A stretch of 64,000 bases of DNA from Geosiphon pyriformis uo1. Its lineage: Eukaryota; Fungi; Glomeromycota. Shown piece after piece: positions 9,671 through 23,900 of this stretch. The position numbers and the translations under genes are program-made. Under the pieces are notes generated by a model, which saw only the letters and a list, made by a program, of their open reading frames with translations, did not search any database and had not been told where the DNA came from. Every line of letters begins with the position of its first letter. Positions within the stretch are counted from its first letter, which is position 1. Location: contig JAAOMT010000620.1 in assembly GCA_016748015.1 (NCBI GenBank), positions 268,215-332,214 on the forward strand, written 5' to 3'.

Positions 9671-12380
9671 TCAGTCCTGATATGTTAGCTGGAGTTCCTG
9701 GGTGTTCCAGTCTAATGTTGCATTGACTTTGGATAGCCAGTCATTACCAACAAGAGCTTGGTATTGAGTGGCTTCCATCACTAGAACTTTAATGGAAGTC
9801 ACGATGCCATTGACTTCGAAAGGGAAGTTGTCAATTTCACTGATTGGAGTTTTGGTCGCTCCATTGGCTGTGATGATTCTGGCATTGGCAGCTCGATCAA
9901 CTTGGTAATCTAATTGATCCATGAGTTGTCGTGTGATGATGTTGCCTGCTGAACTGCTGTCAAGGATTAATTTGATGAATTGTCCCTCAACTTTGGTATC
10001 AGTGTACATCACAGTAATTGGTTTGGCTTCAAGAGTGGCTCCACTAAATAATGGTGTTGCAGTTGTTTTCTCGAATTCAAATGAGAATATAGCAGCCAAA
10101 AACTCGTTTTCAGTGATGGTAGCAGGTGAGATATTACTTGTGAGTGGTTGTTTTTGGGCAAATGCTGGGTTATTGGTTGAGGCGTCTTCTGGGGTGACCA
10201 GAAGACTTAAATAGTTTTGGGAATTCAGGTTCTGGGGTTGACCAGCACCTGAATTCTGCTGGTGTAATTCAGATGGTTGCTGTAAAGAACTGGAGATCAG
10301 TTGATGAACTACTATCGCCGATCTCCAGCTCTGTTGAGTCATTCTCGGTCTTTGGGTTCCATTGGGTGGTAAGCTTTGGGGTGGTGTTTGGATTTGTTGA
10401 GGTTGATAGATTATTTGTGGCTGCAGTTGTTGATAAATTACTTGTGGCTGTGGTTGATAGATTGGAGCTTGATACACTGGAGACTGATAGACTGATGACT
10501 GCATCACTGGTAGGTAAGCGGATTGGTTTTGATTTGGGTACTGATTTGGAGTTTGAAACTGGTGATTGGGGTTTCAATATTGGTTTCCCGATCATTGGTT
10601 ATTTAAATGCTGACAACAGTCAATTTGAATATGTCCTTGTTTACCACAATAATAGCAGATACACATTTCCTGTTGCCACTGTTGATTGGTCGATGAAGAT
10701 GGATGTGGTTGATTTTGGGCACAATTAGAGTTTCCTTGATTATTGCGTTATTGTGGAGACTGATAAATGGCGTAATTGTCAGCTAAGTATCCTTCCAATC
10801 TCTTATTAATTGATTCACTGAACTTCTCCAATTTGGAATCCAATTCAGATGATCCGTTCATTACTAGATTAACAGCTTGGGTGTGGTTAGCCTCTGATTC
10901 AGTGAATTCAAAATCTCTGGTGCATGTAACTGCGTCTTGAAGAGTGCCTAGATGTAATGGACATACATGTTGCAAGATGCTGCTGCACAGGCCATGGATA
11001 AACTGGTTGAGTATCTGTGGTGCTGTGAAATAGTTGGCGTCAATTGCTTAAATTTGGTGCAGATTTCGATGGAAGTGTCCCAGGTAAGTAGTGACCACTT
11101 CAGTTTCTCCTTGTTTTATGATGGTAAATGTATTGATTAGGCAATTGATGCTGTTATTGTTGCTGAAGTATCTTAGGAATTCTACTTTAAAGGCATTGAA
11201 ATCTTGTGGTTTATTAACCAAGCTCTGATATCATAAATTGGCAGTATCCTTGAGAAAGTAGGGAATGGCTTGTATTGTTTGAGCATCATTCCATTTATTG
11301 GCTGTGATGGCCTTTTCTATATTGTTCAGCCATACTTGAGTGTCATTCTCTTTGCCAGTAAAGTTGTCAAGTTTTGCAATTGGTACATAGGCCATTGGAT
11401 CTAAGTTAAGTGGTTGTGGTGGCTGTTGAAGCAGTTGTTGTTGTACTGGTTGTTGGGGTGGTAGTTGAAGTGGCTGTTATATGGGTTTGGCTATGGGATT
11501 AATTGGCAGTTGATTGATGACGATTACCAGAGGTAAGTTTTGCTGATTAATTAATTCAGGATTTGGATTGTTCTGCCTTTGATGATTCAGAGTTTCGATT
11601 TTCGAATTTTCTAAATTTAGATTTTGCTAAGTTTGAAGATTCGGGGTTTCAACTTCCGGGTTTTCAGTGATCGGGTGCTGGTAAGTGAATTCTTGATCCT
11701 CTGATTCTTCTTCCTCTTTTTCTGATTCTGCTGCTTCTTATGGATTAGAGATTCCGAAATCTGGTGGAGGCAGTGATGATCAAAATCCTGATGGGATTGA
11801 TGATCGTGAATTAAATTCCTCAAAGTATTCACTGTATAATCCTAATAATTCTGTTTTTCTTTGTCTACTTTGGAATGAGAATTGTCCAAATGCTAATGTT
11901 GTAGTTGATGGGAACGCATCTGTTGATGATATGTTGATGGCGCTTCCAGATATATAGTGGTAAGATGGGTTGCTTGGTGATTCAATTCTGTTTTTCTTCC
12001 AAATAGGTGGCTGTATTTTTCTGGGTGTTACTGCTGGTGTTTGTAGTTTTCCCTTGTCTTTACTAGCATATGTAATTGGATATCTTTGTTGAGTGTGGTG
12101 TTCAATTTCTTTGTTGATCTCAGTGATAATAGATGCGAAATTATGATTTATTGGTAGGTTGGTGTTTTGAATTAACTCTCTATAGAAAGTTTCCCTTGCT
12201 GATTCAGTATTCATTGGTGTTCCTAATAAAAAGGAAATCTTTTTGTTGACGTAGAAATTAAAGGCTGATTTGGTGGATATATAATTGTGGTTTAATCCCA
12301 AGTATTGACAATAGTGTTAAAATAAGAACTTTGCAAATCTTAAATGATTTGCTCCTATATTTTCTGATTCTGCCACTTTT
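9671..12380 (-). pseudogene. Gag (capsid-like core, CCHC knuckle, Q/P-rich linker) and aspartic protease of element A
   Basis: ORFs 11780-12301, 10748-10975 and 9671-10507; protease LILDS(G)SAG...ALVGNDWL. Confidence 0.88.
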
Positions 12381-12418
12381 GGATGGTGTTTGTTGGTGCT
12401 GGTTTTTTGTAGGATTAT

Positions 12419-12436
12419 ATCTCACAGGAAGCACCA
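12419..12436 (-). promoter_or_regulatory. Primer-binding site TGGTGCTTCCTGTGAGAT
   Basis: Starts 2 nt after the 5' LTR. Its complement ATCTCAC-AGGAAGC-A-CCA has the layout of a tRNA 3' end. tRNA identity is not established; elongator Met or Thr are candidates. Homologues at 13499-13516, 18841-18858, 28386-28403 and 30206-30223. Confidence 0.85.
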
Positions 12437-12438
12437 AA

Positions 12439-13329
12439 TGTTACAGGTGATTATTTCTGCTGTTGAATTAAATAACAAACCTGTAACTTGGTACTCAAAA
12501 GCTATTTCCATCGATGATATTATAAAAGTGTTGTATCTGAAGATTTTGATAGAGTCCTTTGTATAATAGACAGAGATTCAATAGTGTTGATAGTAGATGT
12601 ATCTTTTCAAGAGTTTTCCCAATTTCTTTCTAAGCATGATGGCTGGATTTAGTCTGGCAGTCATGCTCTTCTGGTAAGCTATTCGATAATATATAAAATC
12701 CTACCCTTATTTCTGGGTCTTTTACCAGACTATTCTTAACGTCAATAACTCAGCACTTAATCTTTTTAATCAATTAGTATACAACAACAAAATCAAAGAA
12801 AGAAAGAAAGAAAATAAAATAAAGAAAATAAAAATAAAGAAAATAGAAAAAATAAGCCAAGGCAATTTGTTAGTATCTTGTCAATAGCCATAATCAAGAG
12901 CTATTGTTCCAGTATGGTTAAGTATTAATTACTATCAACATGAAGTGTTGATAGTGGAGAATGAGTTGAGATATGGAATAATTATTTATTTGATGATTGA
13001 GAACTGGAAGGTTGCTTAGATTAAATCTAAACTGAGAGGTCTCTCTTTTCAGCTTCTAATCCTACTGCTATATATATATAATTGAGATTCCTTAATTCCT
13101 TAATTCTTTGTGACAGGAATCCTGAGATTTCTGGAATCTTGCAATTCCTGATGAGAGGAATCCTGGAATTTTGGAATCCTGCAATTCCTCGTCAGAGAAT
13201 TCTGAAATTTCTGGAATCCTGTAATTCCTCTGAGAGGAATTCTGGAATTCCATATTTACTATGTCTATCTCTAATTGGCTAATATCTACTGACTAATAAT
13301 ACTATATTTCCTATATTCTATGAGTAACA
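12439..13329 (-). repeat. 5' LTR of element A
   Basis: TGTTAC/GTAACA termini, adjacent PBS, TATA-like TATATATAG and GGAATTCC/GGAATCCT tandem repeats in U3. Confidence 0.95.
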
Positions 13330-13518
13330 ACGTAGAAATTGAAAGCTAATTCTACTGATATGTGATTATGGGTTAATCCCAAATGTTGACAGTAATGTTA
13401 AAATAAGAATTTTGCAAATCCTAGATGGTTTGCTCTGATGTTTTCTGATTCTGCCACTTTTGGATGGAATTGTTAGTGCTAGTTCTCTGTAAGATTATAT
13501 CTTACAGGAAGCACCAAA

Positions 13519-14387
13519 TGTTACAGATAACTATTTCTGGTGTTGAATTAAATAACAAAATCCATAACTTGGTACTCAAATCTAGTTGTAGTTGATAGTA
13601 ATCTGAATATTTGTGTCTAAAAGGTTTGTATTCAAAGAGTTTGGTTGAGTTCTTTGTATAATGAACAGAGATTCAATGGTAATAGTTTTATCCATAGCTT
13701 CCCGAAACCACAGTTTTGTCAATTTTTTTCTCAGCTTGATGGCTGGTATTTCTCCTGGTAAGCTATTCTCAATTGAGTGTTCTATCCTTATTTCTGGGTC
13801 TTTTACCAGTCACATTTATTCTGATGTCAGTGCCTTGCGTGTTAATCCTCAATAGAGTTAATAAACAACAATAAAATCAAAGTAAGAAATAAAATAAAAA
13901 TAAAATAAAAAAAAAAAAAAAATAAGCCAAGGCGATTTGCAAGTTAGTATTTCATCAATAGCCATGATTAAGAGCTATTGTTCCAGTGTAGTTAAGTATC
14001 AATTACTATCAACATAAAGTGTTAATAGTGGCAGTGGGTTTGAGATAACAAACAGTTATTTATTTGTGGTTTGGAAAGTTGTCTAGATGAAATCTAAACT
14101 GAGAGGTCTGTCTTTTTAGCTTTTAATTCTACTGCTATATATACATAATTGAGATTTCTCAATTCTTCAATTCTTTACAACAAGAATCCTGAGATTCCTG
14201 GAATTCTGCAATTCCTTTGAAAAAAATTCTAGAATTTTGGAATCCTGTGATTCCTTGTGAGAATCCTGTAATTCCTGGAATTCTGCAATTCCTGAAAGGA
14301 ATTCTGGAATTCCACATTTTACTATGTCTATTTCTGATTGGCTAATAACTATGCTAATATATATTTCCTATATTTCTATGAGTAACA
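13519..14387 (-). repeat. 5' LTR of element B
   Basis: TGTTAC at 13519, GTAACA ending at 14387, adjacent PBS. Confidence 0.92.
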
Positions 14388-15069
14388 TCATACAAGGAAT
14401 TGCAAGATTCTAGAATTCCTGGTGTGAAAAATTGAGAAATTGAGGAATCTCAATTATGTATATATAGCAGTAATGCTAGAGGTAGAAAAGACAGAATTTT
14501 GAGAGAAAAAAAACCTCCCAGTTTAAATATAATCTAAACAACATTCTATTCACAAATATTAATAAATAATTATTCACTATCTTAATTCACTCTTCACTAT
14601 CAACACTTTATGTTGATAGTAATTGATACTTAACTATACTAGAACAATAGCTCTTAATCATGATTATTAATGGGATACTAACTTGCAATTGTTTTTGTTT
14701 ATTTCTTTTATTTTCTTTTATTTCTTTTGTATTTCTTTTGGTTGACTAATTGATTAAGGATTAAAGTGCTGAGTTACAGACATTATAGGGACTGGTAAAA
14801 GACCTGTGAAACAAGGGTAAAACACTCATAGATTTAAGGATAACTTACCAGGAGGATTACTGGCCACCACACTGAGAAAGAAATTTAATGGAATTGCAAT
14901 TCTGGGAGGCTACTAAAACCACTATTAAATCTCTGTCTATTATACAAAAAACTCCACAACAAAATCTTCAAATCAACAAAACTTTCAAATATCAACACCA
15001 GAATACCAATCAAGCACCAAGTTACAGATTTGTTATTTATTTTAAGACTCCAAATAATTATCTGTAACA
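14388..15069 (+). mobile_element. Partial type 1 LTR (H; 3' or solo LTR), cut by B and inserted in the protease of element C
   Basis: Begins part-way through the U3 repeats and ends TGTAACA at 15069. It is followed by protease-coding sequence, not a PBS. Confidence 0.88.
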
Positions 15070-16479
15070 ACACCAACACTAGAGTTGAAACCATTGACAT
15101 CAAATTAATTTTCAATAGTGAATCAGCAAGTAGTATAATCATGAAGCAATTCATGAATCAACTAAGTTGTCAAGTAGATCATGCAGCTACTATCCAAATT
15201 ATAACCACAGACAGAAATACTAAAACCCCAATAGAAGAAATTGACAACTTCCCTTTCAAAATTGACAGAATTCAAATCTCCATCAAAGTGCTTGTTATGA
15301 AGGCCACCCAATATCAAGTCATCATAAGAAACAATTAGTTAGCTAAAGCTAATGCCATTATTAACTGGAATATGCAAGAACTACAGATTACTTTTAACAA
15401 ACAGCATACATAAGTTCTGGCTATGTGCAGACACTTTAAAGCTCAAAGTCCAGAAGAATTACTGATTGAATTTAAAGACTTAATACTACTACCAACACTA
15501 GAGATCTATCAAGTTTTTTAGGTTGATGATTACCAAGCAGAGTTACTCTCACCACCAACTTGGAAAGAAAAAAACAAAAAAAAGGCAGAAAAAGAACTAC
15601 AATCAGCATCTGCAGATTATCTCACTTCAAATCAAGGAAATCAATGATATTAAACCTCGAAATTAATTTATGTTAACTGTGGGAAAAAGTTATCTTCTAT
15701 GGATGCATATATCAGAAATGATGAGGAATGACCAACTGCCACCAAATATTACTGCAGACTTTGTGTATTAAAAAAATTTGGCAGACCAAAATAATAAAAT
15801 AAATAGAATAATACATTATGTCTTGCTTGTAACAAAATTCTGCCAGATAAAGAATTATGGAACAATGTTCTTGGCAGAGAAAAAAAATGCAATGAAACAT
15901 GTTAATACACTATTTTGATCAATGATTGAATACAAAAAAGAATCCCAATTGAGAATGTCTGAAAACAAGCACTTAGTAAATTGGATGGTTATCTACAGAA
16001 TGAACATAAAATATGGAGAATGGCAAGTGCCAAAGCCAAATGTGTTACACTCAATAAAATATAAGAAATTAAAAAAATCTGTTTACATCAGAATACAATA
16101 GATCTAATTACATTACAGAAGATTTTTTCATGGATAACCTAGATGCATTTTAAGATTAATATCAAAAATTGGCCCTAACCCAAGAAAAACAAGAACAGTG
16201 GTTAGCTAACTTAAACACAAAACTATGTAATTATTGTTTGATCCTTTGTTACTTTTAGTACTGTGATAAATGTGATCTTATGTTCAACCCATCTCTAAGA
16301 AAACTATACCCAATTATTAAACTACTTAAGCCCAAGTTAGAAAAGAAATTAATCACTGAGGACATGTTATTTCAAGATCTAACTAAAGATACCAAAACAA
16401 AACAGTATCTTGTTTATCCAGATCTTTTCAAAAAATTAAAATTAAAATGGTACAGTGACAACAAAAAAAAAATTTGCCC

Positions 16480-16870
16480 TAAAAAAGCACATGGCACTAA
16501 TGCTGGTTTCGATCTACAATATCCCAGACAATTACCTATAGTTATAGTTACACATTCTCTTATAACAATAGATCTTAAGATAGTGTTAGAAATTTCTGTT
16601 AATACAATGATACAAGTTGTCTTTTGATTTAGTTTAGCCAAAAAAGGAATTGACATAAAAAAAGGAATTATTAATGCTGGTTATATGGGAAACATTATTG
16701 TGATGCTACAGAACAATTTAGACAAATTTCACAAAATAAAATTACAAGAAAAGATTGTCCAAGCTATTTTTCTACTCTTAGTTAAAATACTTTAATTAAC
16801 CCCAGTAACAACTCAAGAAAAATTAAGTCTCACTGCCCAAGGAATCAATGGATTTGGATCAAATAGAAGA
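16480..16870 (+). pseudogene. dUTPase domain of element C
   Basis: AHGTNAGFDLQYP; GIINAGYMGNI; KIVQAIF; GINGFGS. Confidence 0.85.
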
Positions 16871-17509
16871 GTAAATGTACCAGTTAATTTTACAGAGGAA
16901 GACAGTAACCAGGTAGAACTTATTTATACTGACACAGTCATTTCTATCCTTCCATATCAACAATATATTTTTAAGATGAATTAAAAGATTTAAGATCAAG
17001 TTCTGTTATTTAAAGCCAGTCCTAAAATCTGTTCCCTAGCCAATGTTGCTAACTTATACCTACTGACCAAAGCTTATAAACACTTCAAAATTTCCATCCA
17101 CAAACCCACAAAAGATGTCATTGAAATCTTTGAAAAGACTCTTATTGGTTCCATCTCACCAGACATTTAACATCCCAAAAAACCCCAACCTATTCCAGAC
17201 TTTACACAGCTATTCTTATTTTGTGATATTACCTCACAAATATGGAACTTGTTAAAAGAAAGTTATCTGTTTATGCCAGAAAAAATTAACAAACTACACT
17301 TGGAAAACCTAAATATTCTCTAGCAAATTCAACTTAAGGTTCTCTTAAATCAATACACCAATGTCTTTGCCAGTGAAAATAAGTTTGAACACACTAACAT
17401 TGTGAAGCATCAAATTAATATGAAAAATGCACAATATTACTTAAAGAAAGAAAGCCTATCAAAGAAAAAAGGGAAAATGTAACTTAAAAAATGTGACAAA
17501 ATGTAAAAG

Positions 17510-17685
17510 AACACAGAATAATGTGCAATAATGTTGGATAATACATTATAATATAGAATAATGTGTTATAATACAGAATAACACATTATAACATGGGATA
17601 ACATGTTATAATACAAAATAACACAGAATAATGTGTAATAATATCAGATAACTTGTTATAATATAAGATAATTAGTTATAATGTA
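17510..17685 (+). repeat. ATAAC/ATAAT-based degenerate tandem repeats in the U3 of type 2/3 LTRs
   Basis: Short units such as ACAGAATAAT and GTGTTATAAT; the same array occurs at about 38780-38960 and 53230-53380. Confidence 0.8.
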
Positions 17686-17969
17686 AAAAAACAAAGTAAT
17701 AGTTAGCAAGAACAAACAATCCAAAACAATTCTGTAAAATTAAAAAATATGTATATATAGCAATAGTATTAGAAGCAGAAAAAGAGAAAATCTTCAGACA
17801 GAAATTTATTAGTTACCATTCTTAGTTAAAAACATATTATTTCAAAATATCAATAAATATACTTATTTAGAATTTCAAATTTAATTGCTTACTATTAGCT
17901 CTAAATATTGATAGTAATTGATATTTAAACCACATAGGAACAATAGTTCTTGATTATGACTATTAATAG

Positions 17970-20900
17970 TGTTATTCATAAAAATATAGGAATTATATTA
18001 GCATATAAATTAACCAATTAGAAGTAGCCATAGTAAATGTGGAATTCCAAGATTTTTCTCAAGAAGAATTGCAGGATTCTAGAAATTTCAGGATTCTTGT
18101 ACAAGGAATTGCAGAATTATAAAATTCCAGGCTTTCTCTTAAAAGAAATTGCAGAATTCTAGGAATTTCAAGATTCCTGGTATAAAAAATAGAAAAATTA
18201 AGGAATCTCTGTATATATAACAGTAGTGTTAAAAACAAAAAAGGCAGAATTCTTCAGTTAAAGATCTCTCAGTTTAGATTTAATCTAAGTGATCTTCCAA
18301 CTCACAAATATCAATAAATAATTATTCTCTATTTTAAATCTACTCTCTACTATCAACATGAAATGTTGATAGTAATTGATACTTAACCATACTAGAACAA
18401 TAGCTCTTAATCATGACTATTGATAGGATACTAACTTTTGTTGCCTTGGCTTATTTCTTTAATTTTCTTTTATTTCTTTTTATTTTGTTTTTGTTATTTC
18501 TTTATTGTGTACTAATTGATTAAGAGATTAAAGTACTGAATTATTGATGTCAAAGATTGCTTAGTAAAAAACCCCTGCAAATAAGTAGAGCATGTAAAAA
18601 AATTACAGATTACTTATCAGAGGAATATTAACCATCAAGCTGAAGAAAAAAATTGACAGAATTGTGATTCTGGAAAGCTACAAATAAACAACTATTGAAT
18701 CTCTGTCCATTATACAAAGAACTCAACCAAAACCTTCAGATAACAATATTTTCAGATTACTATCATCATAAATAGCTTCTAAGCACCAAGTTACAGATTT
18801 GTTATTTGATTCGAGATTTCAAATAATTATTTGTAATATTTAGTGCTTCTTGTAAGGTATAATTCTACAGAAAACCAGCACCAACAACAATTATCCAAAA
18901 GTGGTAGAATCAGAAATCATAGAAGCAAACCATTTAGGATTTGCCAAATCTTTGTTTCAACAGTACAGCCAATAATTAGAATTAAACAATGATTATTTTC
19001 CAGCAGAATCAGCCTTTAATTTTTATGTCAACAATAAAATTACAGACTGCTTAGGAGGAACAATTAACATTGAATCTGCAAGAGAAAATTTTTATACAGA
19101 ATTGTTTCAACATACTAGCTTACCAAGAAACTACAGTTTTGCACCAATCATCAAGAAAATCAATCAAACTATTGAAAGATACACCCAACAACAATTCCCC
19201 ATTACCTATGCAGACAAAGGCAAGAGAAGATTGCAAACACCAGTGGTAACACCAAAACAAATATAATCACCCACTTGAAAGAAAACCAGAGTTGAATTAC
19301 CAATAAATCCATCATATTATTATATACCAGGAAGTGCCATTAATATATCTTCAGTAGACGTGTCCACATCAAATACAATATCAACTTTCAGATAATTCCC
19401 ATTTCAAAGTAAACAAAGAAGAGCAGAGTTATTAGAACCATATAGTGAATACTTCAAAGGATTTAAATCATGATCACCAATGCCATCAGGATTTTGATTA
19501 CTGCCACCTCAACCAGATTTTGGAACCACAAGTTTGTGGAAAGTAATGGAATCAGAAAAAAAAAGTAAAAATCAGGAATTTACTTAAATGTTGTCCTAAA
19601 TAAAAGTAACAAAAGTTTCTTGAAAATTGTTGTATCTACCAATTCCAAGTTTCTATAGTTAACTCTTGGTATTGGGTAACTTTTGGTTGTGTTTTTATTG
19701 CCAATTTCACTTTTGTGATTATTTTGTCAACAGTGTTTTCTGTTTTTCTCCATTTTTTATCTCATAATCTTTTTCTGATGTTTGTGTATCTGATAGTTTG
19801 TTAGTTGATTGTAATTTTCATTTTTTGTTGTTGGATTAGTTGGAAAAATTGTTGTGCTAGTAAGTGAATATTGTCAGTAATCTCTATTTTCTGCTGTTTT
19901 TTGTCACATATATTGTGTTTTTTATATACTTCTTGGTTGTTCAATTTTACATGTTTGGTTCAATGATTATAATTGGTTTTAGATCTTATGGAATCTTATC
20001 TGGTTTGATTAGTATTCTCTGTACTTCTAATTGTGAAATATTACTGGTAAATGATGATGCTATATGGTGATATTGTTTCAGTTGATCACCATGTGCTGCT
20101 TTGGTTAAGATTTTGTTGTTCAATCTTAATTTATAAACTCTATTTCCAAGAATTTTTTTTATGTGAAATGGTCTATCTCATTTGGTGTCAAATTTTTCAC
20201 TCCATTGTTTTTCTACTTTGGTATGATGTAGAAGTACTTTGTTTCCAATTTTGAATTCAACTAGTTTCTCTAATAGTTGGTTGTCATGTCTTTTTTTTTG
20301 TTTTTCTTGTGACTTTTGTATGTTATTAGCTGCTCTTTATCTTTTGTTTTCTAGTGTTTCCATTAAGTCATATGTTCTTCTCAACAATGTTTTTTGGAAA
20401 TTCTCTTTTGTTATTGGTTTTGTTGGATATGTTTGTACTTTTATCTTTACTGATAGTGTCGCTGTTTTATCATATACCAATTTAAATGATGTTGCTTGTG
20501 TAGTGTCTTGCTTTATTGTCTAATAAGCAAATAATACCAATAGTATGAACAAATCTCATTCATCTTGATTTTTTTGGCTGATTTTGACAATTGCTTCACA
20601 CAATGTTCTATTGAATCTTTTAACTAATTCATTAGTTTATGAATGATATAATAATAACAATGGTCTTTTAATTCCAAATCTTTGACTTAATTCTTCTAAT
20701 GTTCTATTTACAAAATGAGTTCCTTAATCTGATAATAGTTCTTTTAGACATTTGTGTCAACAGATCAAATCTTGATGAACAAATTCAGCAATGGATTCTG
20801 CATTTGTTCTTTGAATAACTTTTATTTCTGGCTATTTTGTGAGATAGTCCATGACTACTGTAATATATCTGTTGTCTTTGCTGGTAATTGTTAATAGTCT

Positions 20901-23900
20901 GACTAAGTCAATTCCAATTTGGTCAAATGGTTGTCCTACTTTGATTGGTCTTAACGGTTTGCTGGGTTTTGTTTCATTTTTTCTTTGACAAGCATTACAA
21001 TTTTGAACATATTGGATAATGTCTGAATACATTGATGGCCAATAGTATCTTTTTCTGGTTCTTTCTATGGTTGCTTCTTTATAAAAATGTCCTGCTATTG
21101 GATCTGAGTACATGTTAAATAATATTGTCTCTTTTTCTGATTCTGTGATTACTTTGGTTGATTGATCTGGATTTCTTTTGTTCTTCTGGTAAAGTATATT
21201 TTGGTAATTGATAAAATATTTTGATTGTTGTTTTATGTTGTTTTGTTTCTTTTGAGATAATTTCTCCTTAAACAATTGAGTATTTATATAATGTTGGAGT
21301 TGTTAATATTTTTGTATATTCATGTTTTGTTATATTTTTGGGTTTAAAATGTTTTTAAATTTGTCTCATTCATAACAAACTGTCAACATTTCCATTGTCT
21401 TTTCCCTTTTTATAATGTAATGTAAATATATATGATAATAATATTATTTTCCATCTTGTATAATAATTATTTCCAAATTTTTGCTTCTGGATTGAAGTCA
21501 ATTCTTTGTGATCAGTATACACATTAAACTTTTAACTCAAGTATTCTTTCCATTTGGTTACAGTCCAATAGATAGCTAAGTGTTCCAGTACTGAAGTTTT
21601 ATAGTTCTTTTCAGCTGAACTTAAGCTTCTATTGGTGTAAGCTACTAAATGTTCTCTTTCATTTGGTCTTTTTTGTAATAGTACTGCTCCTAATGCTTGG
21701 TCTGATGTATCAGTGGTGATAATGAATAGTTTGCTGTGATCTGAATACATCAACACTAGAGCTTGGATAAGCTTTCTTCTTAATGTGTCGAAAACTTTTT
21801 GCTGAGCTTCTGTCCATTTATACTTCACATTTTTGGTTTGTAGATGATGGAATGACTGGGCCAGTTTAGAAAAGTTATTGATAAAGTGGCAATAATAGCC
21901 TGCGAATCCCAAAAATGCTCTTAGTTCTGTCAAGTTAGTTGGTACTGGAAAGTTCTTTACTATTGCAATCTTGTCTGAATCTGTTTTGATATCATCTTTG
22001 CTTACAATATGTCCCAAAAACTTGAGTTCTGACTTTTCAAAGAAACATTTGTTTGCATTCAACTTCAATCCTGCTATTCTCAATCTTTTGAACACTTGTT
22101 AAAAATAATGTAGATGGTTATCAAATGTTTTGGAGAACACATTTGTGTTGTCTAAGTAAACAACTATGAATGTTCACAGTAGTCCAGTATAAACAATTTT
22201 CATGAGCCATTGGAATGTTGCTGATGCATTCATCAAGCCAAATGACATAACTTTGAATTCGAAATTCTTTTTCCGTGTTGTAAAAACTGTTTTTTCTTTA
22301 TCTTCTGGCTTCATAACTACCTGCCAGTAACTGTTGTCTAAATCTAAAGTCAAGAACCATTTTTTTCTTCTAAAAGCATTAAACAGTTTTTAGATCTTTG
22401 GAATCAGATAGCTATTACCTTTAGTTACTCCATTCAATTTCTGATAATCTATACAAAAACAGATCTTTCCATTTTTCTTCTGGACTAGTACCACTGGTAA
22501 TGACCATGGGCTTATTGATAGTTGAATTAGTCTGTTGTCAAGCATCCAGTTGATTTCTTGATGAATGATCTCATGGCTGGCTGGTGGTATTTTGTATGCT
22601 CTTTGTTTGATTGACATTGTCTCTCCAGTTTTGATCTAATGTTAGATTATGTTAGTTCTATCAAATTTGTTTTCACTGGCAAAGATGTCATTGAAATTGT
22701 TGAGTAATATCTTGAGTTGTATCCATTAAAATGGGTCTAAGTTTTCCAAGTTTATCTGTTCCAATTGTTCTGGTTAGAGCAGATAACATTTTTCTCGTCT
22801 GTATATTGTTTAAGAGGTTATATCTACATATTCACACAATTGTGGAAAATTTGGAATGGCATTTGGTAGTTGGTCTTCAATTTTGGTGGTTAGATATCCA
22901 ATAGTAGTTTCTTCTGGTACTTCTATAATATCTTCTATGTTATTGTAAATAAAAATTTTGATGTGGCTATGGTTCTTGGCTGGTATGTGTAAATTGACTA
23001 ATCCAATTTTTCCTGATTCACAAAGTATTGCTTCTGCCTCAAAAATCTGAACTTGATCTTTTACTTTTCTCTCTATAACTACCATGTACTAATTATATGG
23101 TAAAATGGAAATTGGTTGACAAATGGAGATAATTTCTCTCTTGTCAATAACTTTTTCCTCTGTCATATTGATTAGTACATCTATTCTATCTGTTGATCTA
23201 AATCCCTGTATCTCTTTAGCTATAATCCCTAATTCTTTTTTGTTTCTCACTAATACTAATTAAGCTATTTTTACCAGAGACAGGAATATTGCCTGTACTA
23301 TTTTTTTATTTGGCTCTATGATATAGGCCTTTTCTGAATCATTTTGTAGCATTGCAATAATGTTTTCTACATATCTTGTGTTGATTATTTCTTTTCTAAT
23401 GTTGATTCTCTTTTTTGCTAAGCTACTCCTAAATGCTAGTTAAATCATTGTAGTTGCTGGAATTTCTAGTGCTATCTTGAGATCAATGCATGTGTGCAAA
23501 TGTGGTTCCAATTTGATGGCATTTTTTTCTGAATATCTTAGATCAAACCCTGCATCTGTATTATGTACACATTTTGGCATAATGCCTTTATTGTTGTCAC
23601 TATACTATCTGAGTTCCTGTTTCTTGAAGAGATCAAGAAGTGCAATATATGTTTTGGGATTTGAATCGGAGTTTGAATTGCTATTATTTTTTTTGCCATT
23701 TTAAGCAAAACTAAAACTGTTGTTTTTATTATCATCATTGTTAGAGTTTGAATCAGAATTGAAAATTGATTCTGATTCCAATGTGCAGTTGTTAATTGGT
23801 CCTTTTTTTTCTGGAATTGTGTAGATCATATGTGGTGGTGGATTGTAAATGAAATCACACTTATTACAATATTGAAAGTTACATGGAATTAGGCAGTTTT

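Larger units (their letters stand above)
3174..13329 (-). mobile_element. Full-length decayed Ty3/Gypsy LTR retrotransposon A (10,156 bp) with dUTPase
   Basis: Paired LTRs 3174-4046 and 12439-13329, PBS 12419-12436, PPT 4047-4061. TSD is ATAT (3170-3173) / ACGT (13330-13333), i.e. ACGT with CpG decay. Domain order PR-RT-RH-INT is the Gypsy order. Confidence 0.95.
382..14387 (-). mobile_element. Ty3/Gypsy element B (5' LTR, PBS, gag, protease), interrupted by A and cut on the left by I
   Basis: 5' LTR 13519-14387 and PBS 13499-13516. The gag is split at 3173/13330. Gag core in ORFs 1946-2182 and 1445-1897; protease remnant at about 588-890 (IKVLVMEATQYQALVGNDWL). Confidence 0.9.

Noticed and set aside
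13085-13250. U3 GGAATTCC/TTCCAGAA repeats as heat-shock elements
   Set aside because: Only isolated TTCnnGAA pairs, mostly with wrong spacing; three contiguous nGAAn units are not consistently present.
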